From the NCBI GenBank assembly GCA_035534555.1, contig DATLRQ010000163.1, positions 19,446 to 83,445 on the forward strand: DNA of 64,000 bases. The letters are read 5' to 3'. Below the pieces are notes generated by a model. That model saw only the letters and a list, made by a program, of their open reading frames with translations, had not been told where the DNA came from and did not search any database. Numbering within the stretch: the stretch's first letter is position 1; each line of letters starts with the position of its first letter. This document shows, piece by piece, positions 48,908-57,928 of the stretch. A program made the translations under genes and the position numbers. The DNA is from Candidatus Micrarchaeaceae archaeon. GTDB taxonomy: Bacteria > Chloroflexota > Dormibacteria > Dormibacterales > Dormibacteraceae.

Positions 48908-49939
48908 ATGGCGATAGACAGGTACTCCTACCCCTTCACGGCGATCGTCGGCCAGGAGCAGATGAAGCTGGCCCTGGTGCTGAACGCGATCAACCCGGCA
49001 ATCGGCGGCGTGCTGATTCGCGGCGAGAAGGGCACTGGCAAGTCCACGGCGGTGCGCGCGCTCGCCAAGCTGCTGCCCGAGCAGCAGGTCGTCGAGGGGT
49101 GCCATTTCGGGTGCCATCCTGACGACCCCGAGGACTTCTGCCTCGACTGCCGCGAGCGCGCGAAGGATGGCCCGCTTCCGGTCGCCACGCGCCGCATGCG
49201 CGTGGTCGAGCTGCCGATCAACGCGTCAGAGGACCGGGTGGTCGGGACCATCGACCTGGAGGCTGCGCTCAAGGAAGGTTCGCGCCGCTTCGAGCCCGGC
49301 GTGCTCGCCGAGGCCAACCGCAACATCCTCTACGTCGACGAGGTGAACCTGCTGGACGACCACATCGTGGACGTGCTGCTCGACGCGGCTGCCATGGGTA
49401 TCAACACCGTCGAGCGCGAGGGCGTGTCGGTCTCGCACCCTTCGCGATTCATCCTCATCGGCACGATGAACCCCGAGGAAGGGGAGCTGCGCCCGCAGCT
49501 GCTCGACCGTTTCGGGTTGTGCGTCGACGTCGAGGGCATTCGCGACCTCGACCAGCGTGTCTCCATCGTCGAGAAACGGGCGATGTGGGAAGACGACCCG
49601 ACGAAGTTCTACCAGCAGCACGCCGAATCGGAGCAGGACGTGCGCGCGCACATCGCCGAAGGGATCGCGACCTTTCCGGAGGTCGAGCTGCCGCGCGAGA
49701 TCCTTCGCCTCATCGCGCAGCTATCGATCGCGCTCGAGGTGGACGGTCACCGCTCCGACCTCGTTTGCGCGCGGGCCGCCCAGGCCAAGGCCGCTTATGA
49801 CGCCAAGGACAAGGTGGGGCCGGCCCAGGTCGGCGAGGTCGCGGAGATGGTGTTCGCACACCGCGTGCACTCGGTCCCGTTCGGCAAGGGAGGGCCGAAC
49901 CTGGCCGAGGTGATCACGAGGATGATCGGCCAGAGCTGA
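48908..49939 (+). CDS. ChlI/BchI-like AAA+ chelatase ATPase subunit
   Basis: 343 aa and a paralogue of the N-domain of the preceding gene ([37 protein letters not shown]). Confidence 0.85.
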   Translation: MAIDRYSYPFTAIVGQEQMKLALVLNAINPAIGGVLIRGEKGTGKSTAVRALAKLLPEQQVVEGCHFGCHPDDPEDFCLDCRERAKDGPLPVATRRMRVVELPINASEDRVVGTIDLEAALKEGSRRFEPGVLAEANRNILYVDEVNLLDDHIVDVLLDAAAMGINTVEREGVSVSHPSRFILIGTMNPEEGELRPQLLDRFGLCVDVEGIRDLDQRVSIVEKRAMWEDDPTKFYQQHAESEQDVRAHIAEGIATFPEVELPREILRLIAQLSIALEVDGHRSDLVCARAAQAKAAYDAKDKVGPAQVGEVAEMVFAHRVHSVPFGKGGPNLAEVITRMIGQS

Positions 49940-49988
49940 TCGATCTCGCGTTAGGGGTTACCTCTGCGCGCAACTAGACTGATCCGAC

Positions 49989-50954
49989 ATGTCGTCGGCT
50001 GACCGTGAAACCGATCTTGAACCGCGTCGCGCCGCCGAGCTTTTAGGGCGAATCGAAGAGAACGTCCATCGCGTCATCGTCGGCAAGAAGCGTGTGGTGC
50101 GGCTGGCGGCCGCGGGGCTCGTCGCCGGTGGCCACGTTCTCCTCCAGGACTTGCCCGGCACCGGCAAGACACTTCTGGCACGCGCGCTGGCGACGTCGGT
50201 CGGCGGCGCCTTCCGGCGCATCCAGTGCACGCCTGACCTGCTGCCTTCGGACATCACGGGCTCGAGCGTTTTCAATCAGAAGGACCTGAGCTTCCAGTTC
50301 ATCCCCGGCCCCGTCTTCGCCAACATCGTCCTGGCGGACGAGGTCAACCGGGCGACGCCCCGCACGCAGTCGGCGCTGCTCGAGGCGATGGGGGAGGGCC
50401 AGGTCACGGTCGAAGGCGTGACACGCAGCCTCGAGCGCCCCTTCTTTGTGGTCGCCACGCAGAACCCGACCGAGTTCCATGGCACCTATCCGCTGCCCGA
50501 GTCGCAGCTCGACCGCTTCATCCTGGCCGCGGAGATGGGGCCGCCGACCGATGAGGAGGCGATGGAGGTGCTCGCCCGCCGCGAGCACGGCGACCCGATC
50601 GCCGACCTGCGTGCGGCGGTGAGCCTCGCCGAGGTGATCGAGCTGCAGGACGCGTGCCTCAAGGTGGTGGCCGCGCCCGCGATCAGGACCTACATCGTGT
50701 CGCTGCTGCACGCGATCCGCTCGCGACCAGAGGTGCTGCTGCCCGCGAGCATGCGCTCGGGCGTGTACCTGCAGCGCGCCGCGCAGGCGTGGGCGCTGTT
50801 CGAAGGCCGCGACTTCGTCCTGCCCGACGACATCAAGCTCCTCGCGCTGCCCGTGCTGTCACACCGGCTCGGCATGCGCGGCCGCTTCAAGGCGGCAGAC
50901 GTCGTCGAAGAGGTGGTCGCCTCGCTGCCACTCCCTCCGCTGAGGCAGCACTGA
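49989..50954 (+). CDS. MoxR-family AAA+ ATPase
   Basis: 321 aa with Walker A LPGTGKT, Walker [11 protein letters not shown] and the FFVVATQNP motif. Confidence 0.9.
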   Translation: MSSADRETDLEPRRAAELLGRIEENVHRVIVGKKRVVRLAAAGLVAGGHVLLQDLPGTGKTLLARALATSVGGAFRRIQCTPDLLPSDITGSSVFNQKDLSFQFIPGPVFANIVLADEVNRATPRTQSALLEAMGEGQVTVEGVTRSLERPFFVVATQNPTEFHGTYPLPESQLDRFILAAEMGPPTDEEAMEVLARREHGDPIADLRAAVSLAEVIELQDACLKVVAAPAIRTYIVSLLHAIRSRPEVLLPASMRSGVYLQRAAQAWALFEGRDFVLPDDIKLLALPVLSHRLGMRGRFKAADVVEEVVASLPLPPLRQH

Positions 50955-50986
50955 TCGGGGGGATCTCGTGGCGCTGCTTCGGCGCG

Positions 50987-52138
50987 TTGGCGGTGGCGGC
51001 CGCCGTCTTTTACTACGGCACGACCTCCGAGGTCGCGTGGCTGTTTCTCCTCGCGTACTGGATCGGCGCGCTCATCGTGGCGGCTTACGTCTACGCCCGA
51101 TGGAACTGGCGTGGGCTGAGGGCTGATCTTGGGCTGGGTGCCGCCAGGCCCGGGCCCGATTCGCCGCTCGAGGCGCTTCCCGAACAGCTCCTGCGAAGCG
51201 GGCCGCTGCCGGCTCCGCTTTTTGAGGGCGACCAGGCCGACATCGAGCTGAGGCTGACGACAACCGGCAGCTCGCGCGGTCCCGCCCGCCTGTCTGGCTC
51301 GGTCGGAGGGGTCGAGGTGAGCGCGGCGACCGGCGTGGTGCCGCGGGCCGGGTGGGTCGAGCACCGGCCGCTCGGGCGGCTCGGGCGCGGCGCCGTCCTG
51401 GCGAGCAACTGGGGGCTCGAATCCGGCGATCCACTGGGCTTCTTCCGATTCCGTCGCAAGGGGGCGGATGGGGAGGTCGGGCTCGTGCTGCCGCGCTTCG
51501 CATCGCTGAGCTCATCGCCGCAGGCCCGGGAGCTGGAGGCCAGCGTGGCAGCGCCGCGGTCGGGGTCGGGGACGGAGCTGTTCGGGGTTCGCGAGTACCG
51601 GCCGGGGGATCCGCTGCGACGCATCCACTGGAAGTCCAGCGCGCGGCTCGGGGAGCTGGTGGTGCGCGAGTACGAGCCGCCGGGGGTGCAGACGGTCGGC
51701 ATCTTTTGCGACCCGCACCCCCCGTCGCGCGAGGTCGCCGACCAGATCGCGCGCCTGGCGGCCTCGGAGACGTGGGATTGCATCCGGGGTGGGGGGCGGG
51801 TAGTGTTATGGGCGCCGGGCCTCGAGCCGAGCCAGCCGGGCGAGGCGCGCTCGCTGTGGGCGCTGCTGGAGTGGCTGGCGCGGTACCCAAGTCCAGCCGG
51901 CGGTGCGAATACCTCACCCCCTCCGATCTTGCCGGTCACCTCCGCGGCAAACGGGGAGGACTTTGCGCCAGCAGTCACGGATGCGGTGGGGATCACGGGC
52001 GGAGGCAGCGCCCCGTTGGTCGAGGCGCTGGAGACTGTGCGGCAGCGCGGGGGGCGCGTTCGGGCTTGGGTCGTCGGCGAGGCCCAGCTCGAAATTGATG
52101 CGCCGGTCACGCGCGTCGGGACGGCGTGGCCGCTTTGA
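50987..52138 (+). CDS. DUF58-domain protein (MoxR partner)
   Basis: Signature FGVREYRPGDPLRRIHWKSSAR with two N-terminal TM helices. The start is uncertain: TTG 50987, GTG 50993, or CTG 50951 overlapping the moxR stop. Confidence 0.75.
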   Translation: MAVAAAVFYYGTTSEVAWLFLLAYWIGALIVAAYVYARWNWRGLRADLGLGAARPGPDSPLEALPEQLLRSGPLPAPLFEGDQADIELRLTTTGSSRGPARLSGSVGGVEVSAATGVVPRAGWVEHRPLGRLGRGAVLASNWGLESGDPLGFFRFRRKGADGEVGLVLPRFASLSSSPQARELEASVAAPRSGSGTELFGVREYRPGDPLRRIHWKSSARLGELVVREYEPPGVQTVGIFCDPHPPSREVADQIARLAASETWDCIRGGGRVVLWAPGLEPSQPGEARSLWALLEWLARYPSPAGGANTSPPPILPVTSAANGEDFAPAVTDAVGITGGGSAPLVEALETVRQRGGRVRAWVVGEAQLEIDAPVTRVGTAWPL

Positions 52139-54147
52139 GATTGCCCAGGTTTCTACGGCTCCCGCCCTCGCCGGTCGAGAACTCGCTCCAGGCTCGCGCC
52201 TTCGTGTTCGCCGGCTTTGTCGTGGCCGTGGTGGCGATCGCGATCTATGGCCAGGACTACGTCGTCCCCGCCGCATGTGTGGTGGGGGCGGCGATCGGCC
52301 ACGTCGTCAGCTATCGCGGTCGCAACCAGCGGCGCCGCGTCGCGGGCCAGGTGCTGGTGGCGAGCCTCGTCATGGCCGCGCTCGCCTACTTCCTCGCCGA
52401 TTCGGTGCTCGCCATCTTCGGCGGCATCCTGCCGCAAGCCAACTTCGCCATCCTGCTGGTCGCGGTCACCAGCTTCGACCTCAAGACCCGCCGCAACTGC
52501 TACTCGAGCCTGTGGATCAGCCTCGCCATCCTCTACCTGGCCGCGGTGTTCGCCTGGGACTACCCCTTCGGCATCCTTGTCGCGCTCTGGGCGGTGTGCC
52601 TGGCCGGCTTTTGGATGAGCTCGCACCTGCGACGCATCGACGCCCGCCTCGGGGCGCCGGCACGCCCGCTGGCGCTGGCCCTGGCCGGCGCGTTGGCTCT
52701 CGGCGTGATCGCCTTCATCTTCATCCCCCAGCCGACCGCCCTGTCGCCGACGCCCCTGGTGATTTCGCTGCCCAGCTTCACGCAGTTCAACGGCGAGCTC
52801 GAGAATCCGGCCCTGCCACTCGTGCAGATCAGCGGCGACCCATCCGGCGCCACCAACAGCATCGACCTGCATTTCAGGGGCAGGCTCGGCGACGCGCCGG
52901 TCATGTACGTCCGCACGGGCGCGCCCGCCTACTGGCGTGGGCTGGTGTTCGACACCTACCAGAACGGGCAGTGGACGGCATCTCGGACCAACTTCACGAC
53001 CTTCCAGCCGTACATCCAGCCGCGGTTCCTGCCGCCCGCGCCGGCGAACAACCTCGGCACCTTTGCGCAGGTCTTCCGCGTCGTCAGGACGCTGCCCGGC
53101 GTGCTCAGCGCCGCGTATCCGATCCAGAGCCTGTACGCGCCGGTGACGTCGCTGCGACGTGACGCCTACGGCACTTTTCGCACGCCTGATGTCCTGCGCG
53201 CCGGCCAAACCTACTCCGTGGTGTCGTACCTGCCCAACCTTTCACCCCAAGCACTGGAGCCGGACAGCGCTTATCCCGGTGCCGTTCCCGCCCCAGAGAA
53301 CAACGCCGAATACCTGAACGCCGACGCGCTTTCGGCGCGCGCCGCGGCGCTCGCACAGGCAGCGGTCGAGGGCCACACCGGCAGTGAGTTCGACCAGGTG
53401 ATGGCGCTGACGACCTATCTGCAGCAGAACTTCCGCTACTCGCTGCAGCTCGGGCCGGTGCCGGCGGGCCGCGACCCCGTCGACTGGTTCCTGTTCGACG
53501 CCAAGATCGGCTACTGCGAGCAGTTCGCGACCGCCGAGACTCTGATGCTTCGCAGCCTTGGCATCCCGGCCCGGCTTGCGACCGGATACTCGACCGGCGA
53601 CTACAACTCAGTGCTCAACGAGTCGATAGTGCGCGAGCACGACGCGCACGCGTGGGTCGAGGTGTGGTTCGCCGGTCACGGCTGGGTGCCGGTCGACCCA
53701 TCACCTGGTTTCGCCGCCCTGCCGGCCACGAAGTTTCCGAACCGCTGGGCGGCTGCCGGCCTCGCGAGCCTCATCCCACACCTCTCGATCGGCGCCCCGC
53801 TCGCGGCCTTGGGCTCGCTGGGCGTGCTCGCCGTCATCCCACCGGCAATTGCCATCGCGCTGCTGGTGGTGCTGCTCTATGCATGGCTGCGCACGCGAAG
53901 GTGGGGCAGAGGGGAGCGGTCGGCGCCCGGAGAATCGGAGCTGTTGCGCCTGTACGAGCGGGTTCAGCGGCGATTGAAACGTCGCCGGGCGCCGCCGGAG
54001 ACGCCGCTCGAATACCAACACGCGGCGCGAGCCGGGCCGATGGAGCCGCTGCTCGAGGAGCTCACTGACGCGCTCAACGCGGGCGCTTATGCGGGCAGAT
54101 GGCCCGGATCAGAACGCGTGCGCGAACTGGAAACGCGGCTGCGCTGA
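52126..54147 (+). CDS. transglutaminase-like membrane protein (DUF3488 + TGase core)
   Basis: 673 aa with a multi-TM N-terminal region. The Cys-His-Asp core is GYCEQFA, HAWVEVW and VPVDPS. Confidence 0.85.
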   Translation: MAALRLPRFLRLPPSPVENSLQARAFVFAGFVVAVVAIAIYGQDYVVPAACVVGAAIGHVVSYRGRNQRRRVAGQVLVASLVMAALAYFLADSVLAIFGGILPQANFAILLVAVTSFDLKTRRNCYSSLWISLAILYLAAVFAWDYPFGILVALWAVCLAGFWMSSHLRRIDARLGAPARPLALALAGALALGVIAFIFIPQPTALSPTPLVISLPSFTQFNGELENPALPLVQISGDPSGATNSIDLHFRGRLGDAPVMYVRTGAPAYWRGLVFDTYQNGQWTASRTNFTTFQPYIQPRFLPPAPANNLGTFAQVFRVVRTLPGVLSAAYPIQSLYAPVTSLRRDAYGTFRTPDVLRAGQTYSVVSYLPNLSPQALEPDSAYPGAVPAPENNAEYLNADALSARAAALAQAAVEGHTGSEFDQVMALTTYLQQNFRYSLQLGPVPAGRDPVDWFLFDAKIGYCEQFATAETLMLRSLGIPARLATGYSTGDYNSVLNESIVREHDAHAWVEVWFAGHGWVPVDPSPGFAALPATKFPNRWAAAGLASLIPHLSIGAPLAALGSLGVLAVIPPAIAIALLVVLLYAWLRTRRWGRGERSAPGESELLRLYERVQRRLKRRRAPPETPLEYQHAARAGPMEPLLEELTDALNAGAYAGRWPGSERVRELETRLR

Positions 54148-54400
54148 GTCAGCCTATGCCGCGCCGAGATGCGGCCACGAGTCGAGGACGGTGGTCTCAG
54201 CGGATGTGCTGATGGTTCCGGTGACGAGGACTATGAGGACGCGGTTCATAAGGGTGGCGGTCGAAGTGTAGGTCGCTCGTCTCACCTGGAGAGTCCCGGA
54301 ATCAAAATCTTTGGATGCGCCGTACGCACCACATAACTCCGGTCATTACGCCGTATCGACGCGAGATCACTGGGCAGAATTACACAGCGCTCGGCGCGAT

Positions 54401-55912
54401 CTACCGCGGAGGACGTGGTTCGAGTCCACGGCGGCCCACCACTCCTGATATAACGCGAACCGGCGGCGCTGGCAGCCGATAGGTCGGAAAGATTTCACTC
54501 CGGGATTTGACTCTGATCTCGCTCACCAATTGCTGCATCAGCGCCTTGCGTTGCGAAGGCATGCCATTGTCCATCGCGTCGGCGATCGCGCCGATTACTG
54601 AGCGAAGGTCGCTGGCGGTCGGCGGCGTGATCGATATGTCGGCCAGTTCGTCCTGAAGCGTCTCCCGCTGCGTCCGCAGCTCGGCGAGACGCTGCTCCAA
54701 TTCCTCCATCCGGCCGGCCAACCGCCTGGCTGTAAGTGAGCCGGACTCGAAGGCGGCAAAGTAACGCTGCAGCGCTTGCTCGGCCTTGTCGATTTTCGCC
54801 TCAAGACTTCGCAGGTCCGATCGCATGCTTGGGAGCGCGGTATTCGCCTTCTTCCTGGCACCGGCGACTGCTCGGTCGATGAGGTCGCTGTCGGAATACG
54901 TCGTCTGCATGGAGGCTAGGACGGCACGTTCGAAGGCTTCCGCGGGAAGCCGGTCGGCTTGGCAGCCATGCGGGCCATAGCGATTGCGCGAGAAGCAGGT
55001 GTAGTACCGGTACGGTCCGCTGCGCCCATGAGCCACCGTACCCAGGAGGCGGTTCCCGCATTTGCCGCAGCGGACAACCCCGCTTAGCAAATAATCGCTG
55101 GTGTTGCTGCGGCGTTTCCACGCCGCATCATGCCGGGCAGCGAGCGTCGTCTGCGCGGCATCGAAGGCGTCCTGGCTGACGAGGGCGACGTGCGGAGCTT
55201 GATGCGATGCGCCGCGGAACTCAATCCGTCCGACGTGGACCGGATTGCGGAGGATGTCAAAGACGGTGACTGCGCTCCATGGTCGGCCGGCTCGTGTCTG
55301 ATGGCCATGGCTGTTCAGCCAGTTGGCAACAGCCCTGGTTCCCAATTTCTTGGTGACGTAGAGGTCGAAGATCGCTCGCACCGTCGCCACTTCACACTCG
55401 TCGGGTTCCAGCATCGCAACGGCTGGGTTATAGCGATAGCCGTATGGATTGGGGCCACCGAGCCATCCGCCCGCAGCTGCCTTGCGCTCCATGCCGGCGA
55501 TCACGCGGTCGACCAGAGTGGCGCGTTCGAACTCAGCAAAGACGCCAAGCATCTGGACCATCATTCGGCCCGCAGGCGTACCCGTGTCGAAGGGCTCCGT
55601 TGCCGAGCGGAAAACAGCATGTGAGTGGTCGAGCTCTTCGAGGATTTGTGCCAATCCACGCACCGAGCGCGATAGACGATCGACTCGATAGACGAGCAGA
55701 AGGTCGAAGCGTTCGGCGCGGGCGTCGGCGAGAGCGCGCTGTAGCTCGGGCCTCTCCAGGGTGCTGCCGGTCATCCGATCGGTGTAGCGGCGCGTGAGCT
55801 CCCAGCCGTCTTGACTAGCGATGTAGGCAGCAAGGCGTGTCTCCTGCGCCTCCAGCGAGTACGGCTGGTGCTCCTCGTCGGTCGATATGCGGGTGTAGGT
55901 GGCGACTCTCAC
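54401..55912 (-). CDS. large serine recombinase (integrase type)
   Basis: 503 aa with a GTG start. Resolvase catalytic domain VATYTRISTDEE...LLVYRVDRLSRS, a recombinase domain, a Zn-ribbon CGKCGNRL...YYTC and a coiled coil. The ORF tail runs into the tRNA-like fragment. Confidence 0.9.
   Translation of the reverse strand: MRVATYTRISTDEEHQPYSLEAQETRLAAYIASQDGWELTRRYTDRMTGSTLERPELQRALADARAERFDLLLVYRVDRLSRSVRGLAQILEELDHSHAVFRSATEPFDTGTPAGRMMVQMLGVFAEFERATLVDRVIAGMERKAAAGGWLGGPNPYGYRYNPAVAMLEPDECEVATVRAIFDLYVTKKLGTRAVANWLNSHGHQTRAGRPWSAVTVFDILRNPVHVGRIEFRGASHQAPHVALVSQDAFDAAQTTLAARHDAAWKRRSNTSDYLLSGVVRCGKCGNRLLGTVAHGRSGPYRYYTCFSRNRYGPHGCQADRLPAEAFERAVLASMQTTYSDSDLIDRAVAGARKKANTALPSMRSDLRSLEAKIDKAEQALQRYFAAFESGSLTARRLAGRMEELEQRLAELRTQRETLQDELADISITPPTASDLRSVIGAIADAMDNGMPSQRKALMQQLVSEIRVKSRSEIFPTYRLPAPPVRVISGVVGRRGLEPRPPR
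54414..54441 (+). other. tRNA 3'-end-like fragment (T-arm + acceptor 3' strand + CCA); no 5' half present
   Basis: CGTGG-TTCGAGT-CCACG-GCGGCCC-A-CCA. The matching 5' acceptor strand GGGCCGC is not found upstream. Confidence 0.5.
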
Positions 55913-56973
55913 TTCGACCTCTTCTCCTTCAAGGCATTGCGCTTCCTCGGCAGGCGCAGCGTCGCATAGCGATCGCTCCGATACTCCTCAACCCATTGCC
56001 GACTGCTGCGCCAGGTGCCATCGGCCGCTCGAATTGCCTTCAGCCGTGAACGTTGCGCGGCATTACGTAGAGCTAGAACAGACAGATCCTTTGTTGCCAA
56101 GGCGTCCAGCGGTACCAGCTTCGCAGGCCCTGCCACCGCAGGCAAGACGAAGCGACTGAGGTTGTCGAGGACCGCGCGCGCGATGATCTCGCCTAGCGGT
56201 CCTGGATCACCGCGGTCGGCACGATTCAAGGCTTCGAGGTAGCGATCTCGAAGACGCTTCTGAATGATCGCCGGCGGGTAACCAAGCCGGACCAACAGGA
56301 GGTTCATGAGCAAGCGGCCGACGCGGCCGTTGCCGTCGATAAAGGGGTGGATGCGTTCGAACGCGGCATGGCGCGCTGCGAGTGCCTCCGCGACGGGCGA
56401 CTCGCGAGGCAAGCTGGCGACGCCATCTACCCAGTCGCGAACCAGCGCCGGAACATCTGGGTGGCTCGGTGGCTTCATCCCGTGCTTGAAGGCGTGGATG
56501 TCATGCCGGCGCCAGTTGCCCGGACTCTCGTCTTCGGAGGCGTCTGGATGCGGAGCGACCTCCCAGACGGGGGTCAGTGCCAGTCGGTGAACCTGGCGGA
56601 CTTCGGTGAGCGTGAGCAATTTGCCGCTGGTCCATGGGCCAGAACTCAGTGCTTGGCTGTACACCCACTGAGCTGCGCCCGCGTAGCCGCTGACCTCCAG
56701 GTAGTCCTTGAGTTCCTTGCTGCCGACCGCCTTGCCTTCGCGGAGAAGTGCCTCAACTTCTCGCAGGACCAAGGTGTTGCCCTCCAGGGCGGTTGAGCTG
56801 TGGGCCTCGTGGTACCAGATGTCGGTCCATATGCCGTCGGCCTCGTCGGGGGACGGCAACCCGCCGAGGCGAGTTTTCAGCTCCTCGATCATGAAGGCGA
56901 GTCGTGCGTGCACCGCTTCCCGGCTGGGTCGGCCATGCGGAGCCGCGGAGGCAGTTCTTGTTAGGTTGCTCAT
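55909..56973 (-). CDS. Fic-family protein (class II, N-terminal inhibitory motif present)
   Basis: Fic motif HPFIDGNGRVGRLL and an inhibitory-helix-like STALEG. Its stop overlaps the recombinase start by 4 nt. Confidence 0.9.
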   Translation of the reverse strand: MSNLTRTASAAPHGRPSREAVHARLAFMIEELKTRLGGLPSPDEADGIWTDIWYHEAHSSTALEGNTLVLREVEALLREGKAVGSKELKDYLEVSGYAGAAQWVYSQALSSGPWTSGKLLTLTEVRQVHRLALTPVWEVAPHPDASEDESPGNWRRHDIHAFKHGMKPPSHPDVPALVRDWVDGVASLPRESPVAEALAARHAAFERIHPFIDGNGRVGRLLMNLLLVRLGYPPAIIQKRLRDRYLEALNRADRGDPGPLGEIIARAVLDNLSRFVLPAVAGPAKLVPLDALATKDLSVLALRNAAQRSRLKAIRAADGTWRSSRQWVEEYRSDRYATLRLPRKRNALKEKRSK

Positions 56974-57051
56974 GATGGGGGCTACTCAATTGTACAACTC
57001 AACCTAAGTAGGTTGCTATGCCATACCCCACCTAAATAATCAACGCAACCT
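56963..57051. promoter_or_regulatory. cluster of AGGTTGC / GCAACCT repeats around the Fic start; candidate operator array
   Basis: AGGTTGCT occurs at 56963-56970 and 57010-57017. The palindrome CAACCTAAGTAGGTTG lies at 57000-57015 and GCAACCT at 57045-57051. The stretch is locally AT-rich. Confidence 0.35.
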
Positions 57052-57387
57052 GTCTTGATCACGCAGCCTTGCTTTCATCTGGACGACGCTCGAAGGCGGG
57101 CGCGAGAAGATCAGCCAGCAGGTCGATGGCACGCTGCCACTGCTCCTCAGAGCAAACCTCGATGCGGGGCGGCGAGATACAGATCGCAGTGTCCTCGTCT
57201 ATCCCTATGACTCGCCTTCTGTTGAGAGCTCGCTTTAGATCGCTGGTACCAGGTCCGGAGACGAGAGGTTGAGCGCTTGCCCTCCGAACGTGTGTGCGGG
57301 GGTCCGAGTCGGACCCTCGGACGGTGAGGGGGCCGGAGTCAGGCCCCTTGTCGTTCCGAAGGGGATCGAGCGGGCGGAGCCGAGGGG

Positions 57388-57840
57388 TCACGCCCCCGCT
57401 CCTCCGCCAGAGCGCCATAGCCACCACTCAGGCTTGCCGATGCTCTCCTCGATCCGGCGCTGAGTCCGTGCCAGGCCGGGCATCGAGTCGAATGCGCGCC
57501 TGACCTTGTCCGCCCCGCCCAACCAGATCGCAGCCAACGGTCCCGCGGCGCCGACCTGGTCGCTGGTCGTCGTCCAGAAGCGGCAGCATTCCCTATCCGG
57601 ATTCGCGACCTCGCGAAGAAGGTGCCCGAGCTGCTCTTCCCGCTGCCGAGTCGGAACTACCCAGAGGATCTGGTTAGCGGAAGCGTGCGGTCGATCGACG
57701 AAGTAGCGGACGTAGGACTGGAGCTTGGCTCGAAGGCGTCGTGGCTGCTCGGTGCCGCGGTCCCACTCGAGTTGAAGGAGTAGTTCGCGGTCTTTCGTAA
57801 AAGCATCTACGAAGCCCCGCCACACCTCCCGCTCCGCCAT
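57388..57840 (-). pseudogene. 5'-truncated replication-relaxation (Replic_Relax) family gene fragment
   Basis: The 150-aa ORF carries the family's central LQLEWDRGTE motif and C-terminal half. It lacks the ~100-aa N-terminal wHTH portion. Confidence 0.5.
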
Positions 57841-57928
57841 TCACCCGCGGTGCCTACCGCAGGATGGGGCATGCCTGTAAGGCTCGAAGACCGACCGGTG
57901 AGGGGTGGCGATATGCGATGATGTGCAT

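Noticed and set aside
54361-54441. Complete tRNA gene at the island's left border
   Set aside because: Only the T-arm, the acceptor 3' strand and CCA can be folded. There is no complementary 5' acceptor strand (GGGCCGC), D-arm or plausible anticodon stem-loop upstream, so it is called a fragment instead.
57059-57427. 122-aa ORF as a genuine CDS
   Set aside because: Its N-terminal two-thirds is low complexity and coincides with tandem GC hairpins, and it overlaps the replication-relaxation fragment. Only the C-terminal ~45 aa look protein-like. It is left unannotated.
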